From: Oculina patagonica
Taxonomy: Eukaryota
DNA: 64,000 nt
Reading direction: 5' to 3'
Assembly: GCF_052425735.1 (NCBI RefSeq)
Contig: NC_135760.1
Location: 26,722,001 to 26,786,000 of the forward strand
This document shows, piece after piece, positions 36,223-49,034 of the stretch. Below the pieces are notes generated by a model. The model was not told the DNA's origin. It saw nothing but the letters and a program-made list of their open reading frames with translations, and made no database searches. Positions within the stretch are counted from its first letter, which is position 1. Each line of letters starts with the position of its first letter. The position numbers and the translations under genes were made by a program.

Positions 36223-38400
36223 CTAGATTGGGCACTTGCTGATGATCTCCCATTTCTTTTTAATAGCAGACGAAGTTCCGAATGATTTTATTGTCTTCTT
36301 TTTAGTCCATTTCCACTTCCAAGAAGACCAGCTCCAATACCTCGTCTGATAGTAAATACGAGCACTTAACTTCAAAGCTGTCAAGTCACAGGAAACGTCC
36401 AAGCACCACTCCCCTTCTTTGTATGACAACGTCGCGGGAAGCGCCAGTTCAACCAATGTACCACTTCCATCTATACCACCCTTGGCAAGGAAGATTGAAG
36501 CATAGCCATCGATGCTTGCCGTAACGTCCGCATAAGGTTCGACCTGATAGAGATTAAACAGTGTGAGCGTCAACATTATACTGTAAAACATGCACTGCGA
36601 AACAGCCATGATAATCTTGTTGTTTCAAGGTCTTAAAAAGATTCATCGACTTTCAAGTCTGTGGATTAACATTTGATCTTGTACAGCATTACATATTTAC
36701 TTTATTTTCTCGATTAAACTCCCAGGTATTTATTACAACATTGGCCTGGTGGACCCGGTGTTTATCTTTTTATACCTCGAAAAAAGACTTGAGGGGCTTA
36801 TCTACAATTCCACCTTGGAGATCCTGCGAGAAAAACAGTTTGCGCCTTACTTGAATTATACTTGGACGACATCAATTCGTCACAAAAAATACACCAGTAT
36901 TTGTGATTAATGTCTCCCCTGCAGTATATAGATGTGGGTTTTGACTTCGCGGATTCCAAAATCTTTTAGCTGTACTCTGCATTTCAGCAGCATTGATTAA
37001 CTCACACAATATTGTATTTTTATGGACAGCGGATTCCAGATTCTGGCAGATTGATTGGCAAGAGAAACTTCAACTTAGGTCTTTAAAAAAACATTCAAGC
37101 CTAGTGACAACGGCTCACACATGCTTAATTACCTTTAAACCAATCTTTGGAGGATTAACAGAAATCTGGTCAGGAGGGAAGCTTAACGTAACACCGACAG
37201 TGAGATCCAGGCTGAAATCAACGCCCAACCACAGCACAAATACATAGAAGCCATAGCTCTGAGGAGTGACAAGCACAACATCATTAATACAGTATTTTTC
37301 AAATAATCACCCCCCCCCCCCGAACATAAGCCCTCCCAAAAGCACCCCCCAAAATATCGGAAGTACAAAGTCTTCCGATAATAAGCCCCTCCAAATATAA
37401 AGCCTATATTAACGATTACCTAAGCTGTTAAAGAAAGATAGGAGAGCATATTGTTTTCTATTTTATGTTGCTTCACACAATTTTTCACACGCAACATTGC
37501 TTCAACATATAAACTCAAACACTCAGTTGTACTGCAAAATTTCTTACGACAATAAAAGCACCCCCTCCCTTCCTCCCCGAAAATAATCCCACCAAAAAAT
37601 TTCTTTGAACAATATAAGACCTGGTCGTTTTATTGGATTTTACGATTTGACAGCTGATGATATACTAAAAGCTGCAGAGTTGTATCTGTTATAGGTATCT
37701 GGTATTAGGTATTTTGCAACAAAAACTAACAAATTTAAAAAAACATTCTGAAAACATGTTCTGATTAAAACATGGTTGACTCTCCCACTGAAACTTCGAT
37801 GGAAACATGTGCATTAGGGGGTTGACAGTAACTGTATGCTCGTAATTTTAAGTATTATGTTTCTTGATGTGAACCTCAAGAAAGAGACTGCGGCTGTTAT
37901 GCTTTATGAACTAAGTATGGTAGCCAGAAACACTATTCTTGAAAATTAATCATTTTAAGTACTAGAGGTATTTTAGTCGGAAGATAACAACTTACGATTG
38001 TTTTTCCCTTCGTGAATTCCCTTGTAATGACCTCGCCGCTTGTTAGGTCTCGTCCTTGGAAGCTTTCGAAGAAGATTTTTTTCCAACCGCTAGAACCAAT
38101 TTTGATATAAAAGCCAACTTCTACCTCCTGAGAGTAGGGTTCCAGGTACACGCGACCTTCTCCTTGCACATTTATTCCAACCACCTTCTTCTTGAACACC
38201 TTAAATTTTTCTCTCAATGATGGCAAGTTGCTTGCTTGACTCCATGCTTCTTCTACATCTCCCGCTGCTCTTCGGAACTGGCGTTTAGCAGAAAGGGATG
38301 ATGAATTTGTCGAATTGTGCAGTTCGCCATAATAGGAGCCGTTATTCGGAGACATTTGACTTGAATTAGATGGAGTCGAACCGAAATTATCATTGTCATT

Positions 38401-38436
<36 letters not shown>

Positions 38437-41400
38437 GCTAACAGCCGTGGATTTTGGAACAACTAGTTTCACAAATAAGTGGAAAGTAATAGTTTCCGAT
38501 TCTTTTTTCCCGAAGTAGAATGAGTTGGTTTGATCAATAAGCGAAACTTGGCTAAATAAGTGTATTTTCATAGCGGTAATATCGAAACCATCTTTAGTAT
38601 GAATTGGTTCTCCAAAGTTCAGCTGTTCAGACAAGTACGCGCGGCTTTCTGTAACCATCCCGTTGCTCTTGTTAATTAAGGCAAAATCAGAATATTCCAT
38701 GTCTACATCAATTTCAGATGAGACATTGAGGAGATCTTTACGATTAAAAGATTTGTTTATGAAAACTATGTTTTTATCGGATGTGTTCGCTTTTCTGTGT
38801 ATGTTTACGTCTCCTGGGAGTATAGGCGACTTTTCAGGGTTTAGTTGTGAACCTGAAGGCAATTTCTGTCCATCCACGTCTTCATAAAGATCACGTTTTA
38901 AGGCTGGCAGAAGCTGATCCAGGATGCCGTACACGTAATGAACGAATTCTGCTTCCGTTTGACGGTTTCCATAGAGTTCAAATGGTTCATTGCTTTGTCT
39001 GAAAAAAACAACAATTACATATAGCATTGACGCGTTTTTTTTCTAGTTTCAAAAATGGAATAACAGCTCGCCATCGAAGGGATACAGGGATTGTTTTAGA
39101 CCTACTGGGAACGGAGAGTGGAAGGGATTCAGAAGCCCGCCTGCTGTAACTTAAAAAAAACTGCTTCTGCTATAGTCGCTAAATTAACACAGGATGGTGT
39201 ACTCTTCAATTCCAATTACTAAACATTATGCTTCTTTCATCAGTATTTCCATCAAGTTTGAATGTATAACCACAAAACTTAACAGCTACGTATTTGATAA
39301 CTGATGTCTACTAACACATTGACATATTTTAGATCATCCATCTTGAATTCTTTAAATTGTTTTTTTTTTTATTTAGTAAAATAACTTACAAAATGAAGAA
39401 TCTGAAGTGAAATGTAAAAGTTTTTTGCCTATGGTAGAACGTTTTACTATACGAAAAAATTAAAGAGAAAAAATACATAAATTTTGAAATCAGTTGAAAA
39501 AATCACTCTTCAGAGGCACAAAATGCAAAGGAAAAAAAAATAAATGACTAAATTTAATTCAATTGTCAATGTATTAGCACTGTTGTGTTAGTCGAGGACA
39601 CAGTAAATAAACAAACAAATATACAGTTGCCTGATGCTACTACGCTTATCATAAAAACAAACATTTTATACTGCCTTGCAAAGGAAATTAAAAATAAGTC
39701 ACACACTGTGTACTCTACAAAACTCCACTCAAGTTTTTTACTCTTGTTAAAGGCTACAGATTTTATGAAAAAGTTCCATTTGCAGACAAATTTCAGGTGT
39801 ACCCCGGCTTTAATAAGAATATTAAATAAACAGAAATATTTATCAAGAATTGGTGTTCGACCTCTGAACTTGAGATTATTTTTTATCATCAATATTTTCC
39901 TTTTTCTATGCATATTAAACCTCCATTGCGTGTTTCAGATTACTTTGGGGCCAAAAATATAGCAAAAAAGCCGTGCCAGCCGCCAGCAGAGTATTAACTG
40001 TTTTAGAGCCAAAATAATAATTTGTAGAGTACACAACAGGTTGTAAACTAATTTTAAGATATATTAAAAAGCATTTTAAAACAACTAAAAGTCGAAAACC
40101 TATAGGACTCGTTATAGCATCAATACATGTTAACCAGAAAATGATGAATGTTGACATTGGGGATAAATTGTTTTCTTCCCACTGCTACAAAGTTAACTGA
40201 TTGCTCTGCTCTAAGAACTATGTCTTAGGGACTACCACACTCCATGTTTCTAACAGCATATATAACTGAGAGCCTCGGTGGTTTACAAGCTGAGAAACAT
40301 TTAAACTTTAACTGACAACAGAAAAAAAATCCGAAATTTTACTGACATATTGTGTCTTAGGGCCGAATCGCACTAGCGGACAAGTTTTAAATGTCATAAC
40401 ATTTTTTACAAAAAAAAATTGTCGCGACAAGTCAGAGACATTTTGAAGAAAACAAAAGGTGTAATTATTAGTACAATAGCTCTGCACGTGCTTCTGCCAT
40501 CCCTGTACATTTCTCAGCACGGCCGTCTTGGGCAAACATCAAATATGCAGTACAACGCGGTAAAAAAATCTAAAACAATTGGCATTTAAAGTACGCGTTC
40601 TCATGCAGTAGAATAATGAGTCGTCTCAAGATAACTTTTTCTTTTCTCATTCTAACATTTGGCCGAAACACTTCACTTATAAATATGCTTTGCCTCTCGC
40701 GAAAAGATTTTGCGGCTGGATTACGATAGTGAGAGCCACATCACGGTGCATACTATCCCAACAACTTTTGAGTGCGTGTTGTTTTTCGGTGCAATTTGGG
40801 CCAAACACAATAGCCAATCAACAACGTATTGTTATCTAGCATTACGAGGGGCATGGGAATGCGACTTGTCATGAAAAGTCCTGCCTTGAGGCAGGACTTC
40901 GGCCCCTTTGATGATTTGTCCGTTTTGACAAAATTTGCCCTTGTCCAACAAGTCGTTCGCACTTGTTTTTGCAATTGTTTGACAACATCTATCGCGCGTG
41001 CAACGCGGACCAATCATAAGACAACTGCTTCTTTGTTTTCCTGAAATGTTGGACAAGTTCTAGGTCTCAAAAAACGCTATCGCACTTGTTTTCTGTGACA
41101 AGTGACACGTTAATGATGAAATCAATCAATTGTTACAAAATTTGTCCGCTAGTGCGATTCGGCCCTTACCGACAACTTACAAAAAGTGAATTAAAGACAA
41201 AACCTCGACTGACAAATGGTCAAACCTTTAACCACAACTGACCCACATATTGAATTAAAACACGCAACATTAACTGAGATATATTACAAGTATACCACAA
41301 GTATACTATACCTTGACGAAATGTGAAGTCTCACCAGGAAGTACTCTGCATGCCCCTTTGCTTTCTGATTCAAACCTTGAACATTGATGTTTCCATCCGC

Positions 41401-42769
41401 GAAAGTGATGTTGATTTTCGTAAGGAACCAATACTCGTCTGAAGTCTTGTTAAGGACCCGGAAAGAGACTATGACATGGATGTTACCTGCGGCAATAAAT
41501 ACGTTAGTTAAATGATTTAGCATTTTGCTAAAAAAATAGATAACATGGAGAGTTTAATAGATAGATAAAAATAAAAAGATTAAGAAAAATGAAAAATGAT
41601 TAACAGTATTAAAAGAAAATAGATAGATGGATAATTCTCAAAGAGCAAAACAGTTTTTAAATTAATTTTGGAAGGTATATCCCGTTTTGGTATTTAAAAA
41701 TCCACTTCCCCTTTAACTTGATCAGTTCAAAACTCATTCGTGAACCGATTGCTGTACATGTGTAACGGAAGTCTTGTCAAATAAGGGCCTGTTTACAAGC
41801 AGGTAGGGTAACCCTAGGTGCTAGGGTCGATAGCCCGGGTTACAAGCAAAATTCGCAGGTAGGGTAACCCTACTTAGACATTCCTATCAACAAAGAAACT
41901 GTATCACCCACTCGTAATTTATTTTTGCCCTAAAAGGGACATTTTTTAAACTATGGAAGTCTGCAGAAAGTCCCAACTTTGAACTAGATTGCAAAAATGC
42001 AATCCACGGATTTTACAAAACCCGCGGAAAATTCGATCTTCATGAAGGGAATTTGTTTTAGTAAAATGTTCGATTTTTATACTTGAGGCTTTTCTGATTT
42101 CTCCTGTAATTTAAAATTGCCCAGTGACCATTCACACAATGATTTAGTTCATCCTGGGGAATTTAAAATTTTGATTCGTTTGTCAACAGAAACATCCCAT
42201 AATTTCCGAATCGAAGTGAAATCTTTCAAAATGTATATCTTCACATCGCGAGCTTAGAAATAAACTGCAAATATTAATGTATTTTGTTTTCCTTATTGTC
42301 AGAAGGTGACTGCGGTTTAATAGCTTGATAAGTAAAACATTTAATATTAAGTCGACAAAGAGACCAGCCAATTCTAGAAGAAGGAAAAAACTAGCCAGTT
42401 CGAAAAAGCTTTACATGAGGATAGGGCAGAAAAATGTAAGGGATTGCACGAAACATAAGTTTCAAGTAAAGGCATTCACAATACAATTGTTAAAACAGAA
42501 GTTGACTTACTTTTCTGTACAGTTCCTCTTTCTATTTCTATGTTCTGATCCACGCGATACGTCAGGGTTTCGCCCTCTTCAAGCTTGACTTCTGCCAGCC
42601 TAGTTGGAGTAGTTTTTCTCAGGACGAAAAACGAAGTCACAGAAACCACGGCACCCAGAAACAAAACCAATGCCAAGACACCAATAATAGCGATCTTAGT
42701 TTTCCGAGAGGAACGCTTCTCAGCTAAAGCTTTGGTATCACTGAAGTCCACCTTCGGCTCGGGATCCAT
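36223..42769 (-). CDS. Uncharacterised type II membrane proprotein, paralog 3 (exons 42769-42511, 41486-41312, 38998-37996, 37258-37133, 36543-36223; ~627 aa)
   Basis: GT-AG junctions with phases 1,2,0,0. TM IAIIGVLALVLFLGAVVSVTSFFV; RLAEVKLEEGETLTYRVDQ, RVLNKTSDEYWFLTK, DQLLPALKRDLYEDVDG, INKSNGMVTESRAYLSEQLNFG; poly-Asp linker; KRQFRR basic site. Confidence 0.9.
40360..41165. mobile_element. PIF/Harbinger-type non-autonomous element (TTA TSD)
   Basis: tta|gggccgaatcgcactagcggacaa ... ttgtccgctagtgcgattcggccc|tta. Confidence 0.88.
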
Positions 42770-42832
42770 GGCGCAGCTTTAGAACGCTCAGTTATAGAGC
42801 GCGGAGAGTTAGAACCTCTATAAAACCTCTAC

Positions 42833-42900
42833 TTAAATACCATTCCACACACCAAAAAAATTGCCTTGAGGCTGATTTTTCAAAAGGAAAACCACACCTT
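42833..42900 (-). promoter_or_regulatory. Putative proximal promoter of paralog 3
   Basis: Minus-strand TATTTAA ~65 bp upstream of the ATG, with GTGTGGTTTTCC further upstream; homologous to 18741-18815. Confidence 0.5.
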
Positions 42901-45383
42901 GTTCCACGATTCTGCATTTGAACAACTGCTTTTCGTTTTCTTGAGTAGCTGAACAAGTACTTTGTTTATCAACTTTTTAACAAGGAAAAACTTAGTGCTG
43001 CCGCAACTGCAAACTATCAATTAGTACATTTGCCGAATTCAAAGAAAGATTTTTAACAAATTGACTTTACATTTACATCATTAATAAGTGCCTCTGCCAC
43101 TTGTTTCAGAAAATTTGAAATTTTACTTTTTACCACTAACTTACTTTCTTCGCGAAAGAGAAAGAAGCCAAACTTTTCGGGGGATGTTCTTTTCTTAAAG
43201 TAAAGATACTGAAAGCTCGCAGCTTTATAGAATCGGAAATGGTAAATGAGAAGCGGCGAAAAAGACAACAGGAAATATTTCGAACAGTATATCTCGTAGA
43301 GTATAGATACTCTGCATGTTTACTGAAATTCTCGTAAAAAGAAAAACAAGAAACATAAGTTTGGGCCGCAAACACAAACGCAGACAAAAACCTTAATCTT
43401 TACTACATCTGAAATCATTCAACTGACAATTCATTTAAATTATGGGCCCAGCCAGAGAAACTTCTGAAACTTTGTAGTCTACTGAACGTTTATGTTCGCC
43501 TTTTTTCCAGTACGGAGAAAGGTTAAGTCGATCCACAAAACTAACAAACGTTATTTCGATCGCTTACAATAGTTTTAAAATATTAAAAAACAGGTTAGTT
43601 CTACAATTAACTAACGATATTTGAAACTTGTACAATAATTTTAAAACATGTCCCAGAATGGCCACGTCAAACCGTTTCCTTTCTGCATGATCGCATAATT
43701 GAACAATGAATAGCTTCAATTCTCTTCAATTCAATTGTAATGTATTTCATAGTAGTACGTTATGTCTTCCTGTTTACAAACCTAAACTTGTTTGATCAAA
43801 TCTTTCCCCTTATGATAGCATTCTAGTTTAGTAGTGGGACAAAGTAAGTGTACCTCTACTACACAGAAGAATATTCAACTATCAAATTTAGGCTTCTTGC
43901 GTCGATAGCAGGGTCACGCGACATAGCGTGCTCTTGGCCGCCCCAATCGGTGATTTCAGCTTTTCCGTTATTGTTCCTGGTTAACAAACAGTTACTAATT
44001 ACATCTTCCCGTTGCCATTAAGTCTCGTCCTTCAATAACTTCCCGTTTTAGTTTCCGCTCACGAAGGCCTAACAAATGAATTCAAAACAATTATAGTCAT
44101 TTTTCCCGCGTCGCATAAACATTAAACGTACAGCTATTTTTTTTTCCTGGCAACGAACAATTCAGCAACACCCTTTTAATCACTTTATCTGAGTCAGATA
44201 AATTTCAAGTTGCAAAGCTTGTAATTATAATCTATTCATCGGCACGGATCGCCATAAACTTCTTTTCATGTGACGCACATCAAGTTACTGTCCAATCATT
44301 GTTCATTTTCTTTATTCTCATTACCTTTCTCCTCGACAATGTACTGTTATTGTAAAGAGAAATTAGCTCTTGATCATTATAGGACGAAAAATCATGGAAC
44401 CGTGTAAACGTTTGTTTTTACATTAATTCGTAAAAATAGTTAAACAAAACCTGCTCTACAGTTTCTCAAGAAATGAAGCGTAACAGTGCAAAGATCATCT
44501 TGATAGTTTCCTTCTTTTTCTCTCGTTGTTTAGAATTACGACTCAAGCCTGAAAGAATGAAGGAGAAAACAAATTGTGACACCAGGGTATCATTCTCGAC
44601 TACTCTGGTGGCCTAATGGTTTGACTCCGGATCTAACAATTCGGTTTCGAGTGCTGGACGGGGTCGTTGTGTTGTGTTTTTGGGCAAGACAGGACACTGT
44701 ACTCTCCGGCACGACCCCTCTCTTGTTACGGAAGCCTTACAGAATGCTAGGAGTAAATCTGCGACGGACTATAGCATTCCATCCAGAGGGACTAGCAATG
44801 CTCTAAATCACTTCTTGCTACAGAAACCGGGATATGCTATGGCAGTGTGGGCTAGCCAGTTCCAATCAGACAATGCAAGATGTTAGTTTTTGTGAAAACC
44901 GGAGGTTTATCACTTTCTCAACTTTTCTGATTGAACGCTTCTCACAGACGTTTTTAAAAACTCAAAATTTATACAAGACTTAATTCATTGCCTGAAACCT
45001 GTGCGGGTTCTGCAGGGCGAAAGCTTATAGCGCTTATTTGAACATAAAAGAAAAGCCAATTCGGTTTACTTTACCTGGTCAAGCGTGTCTGATACCGGTT
45101 TTCAAAGCCAAAGGCCCTTAAACTCAATTGTAATTTATTCATAATCCGTTATATCTTCCTGTTTACGTCCCTAAAGCTTGTTTGATCAAATCATCTGCAT
45201 CAAATCTACCTCAAAAACCCGATCAAAAATACACGTCAGTTCAGTATTGGGACAAGCCGAAAAGGTACGACTTTTTGCAACATTCACGGAGTGCTATATT
45301 GAAGCATGGGCTTTTCCGTTTATAATTGCATTTATGAATAGTCATCGTCGAGAAAATGACTTATCTGAGTGTCGTTTTAGTTA

Positions 45384-45614
45384 GGGACGGACCATTATTT
45401 TCTTGGAGGGGGGGATGAAAAATTTTCCTCTGCAAACCTTTTTTTAATTTTATGCACCTCTGCAAACATTTTTTTTCGAAATTCTTACTATTTTTTGTTA
45501 TACATATCGTGTTTGCAAACAATTTATTTTGTCTTTCCAGGCCCTGCAAACAATTTTTTTCAATATTTTTCTTCCCCCCCCCCCCCCCTCCTCCAAAAAA
45601 TAATGGTCCGTCCC
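45384..45614. mobile_element. PIF/Harbinger-type MITE (TTA TSD)
   Basis: tta|gggacggaccattatttt ... aaaataatggtccgtccc|tta. Confidence 0.85.
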
Positions 45615-46521
45615 TTATTTCTACAATTGGCCGTGCATATTTTTTTCGCATTTTAGTTACACTTTGCACTGGCAATAACATTGAACATTAACAGATTAAG
45701 TTATACATTAATAGCTACAATAAATGGTTGATATAAGGTGTGTTACTATGTTAAATCCTAACAACCTTCAGGCGTTCCAAACAGGAAAAATAATTTTGAA
45801 AGACCCTGAAAGTCAGGCAAAAACTCGCGGCTCGCTATGCAACTGAACTTATTTCCGTTGAGCCCCACTTCTTCTTCCCCGGAAAAAAATTCAAAAATTG
45901 GACACCCCTTAAAAAGTCTTGCTGTGTGGTTACTCTAAAATAATCGTACTCAGACTTCTTCACTACTAAACCATTATAGTCCTCTTTTGTGTATGGAACA
46001 ACAAGGCTTTTTGCTCGTATGTGCAAAAAATAAACAAAGTAACAAATCTTACTATTAATTGTTAAGTTTTAGACCAGTTCGTTGTTTAAAAAACTACTTG
46101 AGTCTTGAGTACCTTTTCCGGTCCTGATTTAATGTCACTATATCGAGGCCCTAGAGTCACACGATACAGCCTGTCCTTGGCCGCCTCAGTGATCTTTTCC
46201 GTTATTGTTCCTGGTCAACAAACAGTTACTAATTACATCTTCCCGTTGCCATTAAGTCTGCTCCTTTAATAACTTTCCGTTTTGGTTTCCGTTTACGAAG
46301 ACCTAACAAATGAATTCAAAACAACTTATTATTTTCCCGCGTCACACGAACATTGAAAACATGCAGTTATTTTTTTTCTTGTTAAACGAATGAGTCAGTA
46401 ATACTCTTGATTGACCGAAATTTTAATCACTTCATCTGTAACAGATAGACTAAGTTGCAAAGGAAATTATAATTTTAATCTCTTCATTAGCAATGATCGC
46501 CATAAACTTCTTTCGATGGTA

Positions 46522-46697
46522 CAGTGGAACCTTGATATAACGAATGGCCAAGGGACTGGCAAAATATGTTCGCTATATCGAGGTTACATTATATCGAGGT
46601 TCTTTTCCATATATGTTACTATTACTGGGGCGAAGAATATCGTTCGTTATATCGAGGACTTCGCTGTATAGAGGTTCGTTAAATCGAGGTTCCACTG
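46522..46697. mobile_element. Tc1/mariner-pogo-type MITE (TA TSD)
   Basis: ta|cagtggaaccttgatataacgaa ... ttcgttaaatcgaggttccactg|ta. Confidence 0.85.
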
Positions 46698-47451
46698 TAA
46701 GTGTTATGTTTAAAAATTTAGTGGCACGTCACATTATAACCTGAGATCATGCCCTCCCTCCCTACTTACCACTCATCTTTGCAAGGAAAAAAACGCCTGA
46801 TCGCAGGTTAGTCACATTACTGTCCCCTTATCATTTTTAATATTCATTTTTAATATTCTCATTACCTGTCTGCCTGTCCGCGTATGATAGTGTGACGAGA
46901 AATTAGCTCTGGATCCTTCTCTAGAATTAAAGGATGACAAATCTTGAAACGGTGCGAGCCTCTGCTTTTTTATGAATTGGCGAAAAAAGAGTAAAAAAAC
47001 AATCTGTTTCACAGTTGTCTCCATAAATGAAGCGTATCTATGCAAAGATTCTCTTTCCGTTTTCCTTCTTCTCTCGTCCTTCTAGCTACGCAGACGTTCT
47101 TTGGACTCGTGACGAGTTCAAAGATCGTCTGCGTAGGAGGCTACTATCCTTGCTGCTTTCGTCTCGTCTTTTTCTGACCAGGATATCCTATCGAATATTC
47201 TATCTGCTAGCGATATCTCATCCCCAAACCGAGAAGCCGTCAGTTTTTGCAAAAGACTTATGTTCCACAGGCAGCCCAGGCCCTCTGCAAAGCCATTTCA
47301 TGGCGGATTATGCTTGTGTAGCAAAACTCAGGAATGCACAACTCTCTCCGCTTTAAATTCCGCTTTAACCTGGCTCCAGGGACACACAGACCTCAAAATA
47401 AGACAAGACAGACACAACATAATTAACTTCTACTTCATTCTCTGAGGAGAA

Positions 47452-47725
47452 TGAGGAGGAGAATGTGCTGCCTTTGTAATTACATCTGCAAATGGTTAGA
47501 CATTCTAGTCTTCTCGGAAAAGGACGATAAGCCGTAGGTCCCGTCTCCTGTATCTTCAGTCTTATGATCACAGGGGACGTTAAAGAACCCACACACTATT
47601 CGCAAAGAGTAGGGCACGAAGCTCCCGGTGTTGTGGTCTGGCCTTGTGTAGTAAATTACAGTATGTGTACAGCGCATTTGAACATATATATATGAAAAAT
47701 GCGCTATATAAATTCATTATCATTA
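47452..47725 (+). mobile_element. 5'-truncated SINE with a Nin/Deu-type central domain and L2-like tail
   Basis: tctcggaaaaggacgataagccgtaggtcccgtc...gacgttaaagaacccacacactattcg...aagagtaggg; tail cagcgcatttga...atgcgctatataaat(tca)n. Confidence 0.65.
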
Positions 47726-48099
47726 AAATTAGAGTAAACTATGCATTTTCAAACATTGTCTCAAAATTGATTGAAATTCTGTCGATTTTCATCTAATCAT
47801 CCGTCTCTGACAATTTATCTTAAAGAATGCCGTTGACGGATGTTTTTAAAAAGTAGATGTGTCCATGAGAAAAATATTAGCCAGACAGTGACACCGTAAG
47901 TAACTTGGAAAAGTTTTTCGAGTTCTACCAACAGGAGTGGAACCTATGACCTTCCGCACACCGGTCGGTCGCTCTACCACTGAGCTGCAGGAGAATCGTG
48001 GAAGCTCGGCCATATAGCTAGGTGTGTCTAGATGTGTCTACTTCGTCGCGGATTAGGCGAAAATATATGAAAGAGTGAAGTTGTTATTGAGTAGTGTTA

Positions 48100-48325
48100 C
48101 AGTGCGACGCGCCTTACCGTGGCCACCCAACAAACTTTTTTACAAGTGTCATCTTGCAATATTTTACGTTTTCACTGTGTTTTGTTGATATATACGATGT
48201 AACAAGTATCAATTTGATCGAATTCAACTTTGCAAGGCGGCGTGTTCGTCAAACATATAGTAATATTACGATAAAACACTTGTAAAAACGTTTGTTGGGT
48301 GGCCACGGTATGGCGCGTCGCGCTG
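48100..48325. mobile_element. Tc1/mariner-type MITE (TA TSD)
   Basis: ta|cagtgcgacgcgccttaccgtggccacccaacaaac ... gtttgttgggtggccacggtatggcgcgtcgcgctg|ta. Confidence 0.85.
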
Positions 48326-49034
48326 TAAAGTTTGTAGCCGCTGAAAGGTGAAGTTTGATCTCCTTTAGTATTGCTCTGGCGACTAAATTCAGTAATTATT
48401 AAGTCGCGGATAGAAATGTAACTGATTCAGTTGTTTATTTGTAAATCCGTTCGTAATAAAAAAAATTCCATCGACGTTATTTGGGTAGCTGTGGTAGAAT
48501 GTCAAAGACAGAAAGCCCTGAGTATTGTGAGCCACCTAATCATGTGTGTACAGAACTTATTATCGCCAATTTACTATGATAACACCATAATACCATATTG
48601 CATCCCTAGCCTGATAAGGTGAGTTTGAAAAAAAAAACCTCATTTGAAAGAGTCTTGGAGAACGATGCACTAAAAAGCTAACTCATTCAATCTCAAATCT
48701 TCCATCTTATCTCTGTAACAGCCACTTACAAACTAAATGATTGCTCTGACTCGAAGCTAACTGTGGTAAATTTTAATAAAAATTAAGCTTAAGCTCAATT
48801 CGGTGTTTGAAGTACTGCTTGAGTGGCCTTTCCGGTCTATTTGCCGTCACGATAAAGAGTGCTCTTATGGTTTGGGTTCAATAGCTTTTCCATTACAAAC
48901 TTGTTTATTGTTTCTGGTCAACAAACAGTTACTAATTACATCTTCCCGTTGCCGCCCTAAGTTTGCCCTTCAAAATATTCCTGTTCTACTTTCCGTCCAC
49001 GAACAACTCACAAATGAGTTGGAAACAACTTAAC

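Noticed and set aside
38253-38462. Poly-Met ORF
   Set aside because: Alternative frame of the (GAT)n poly-Asp repeat in paralog 3 exon 3.
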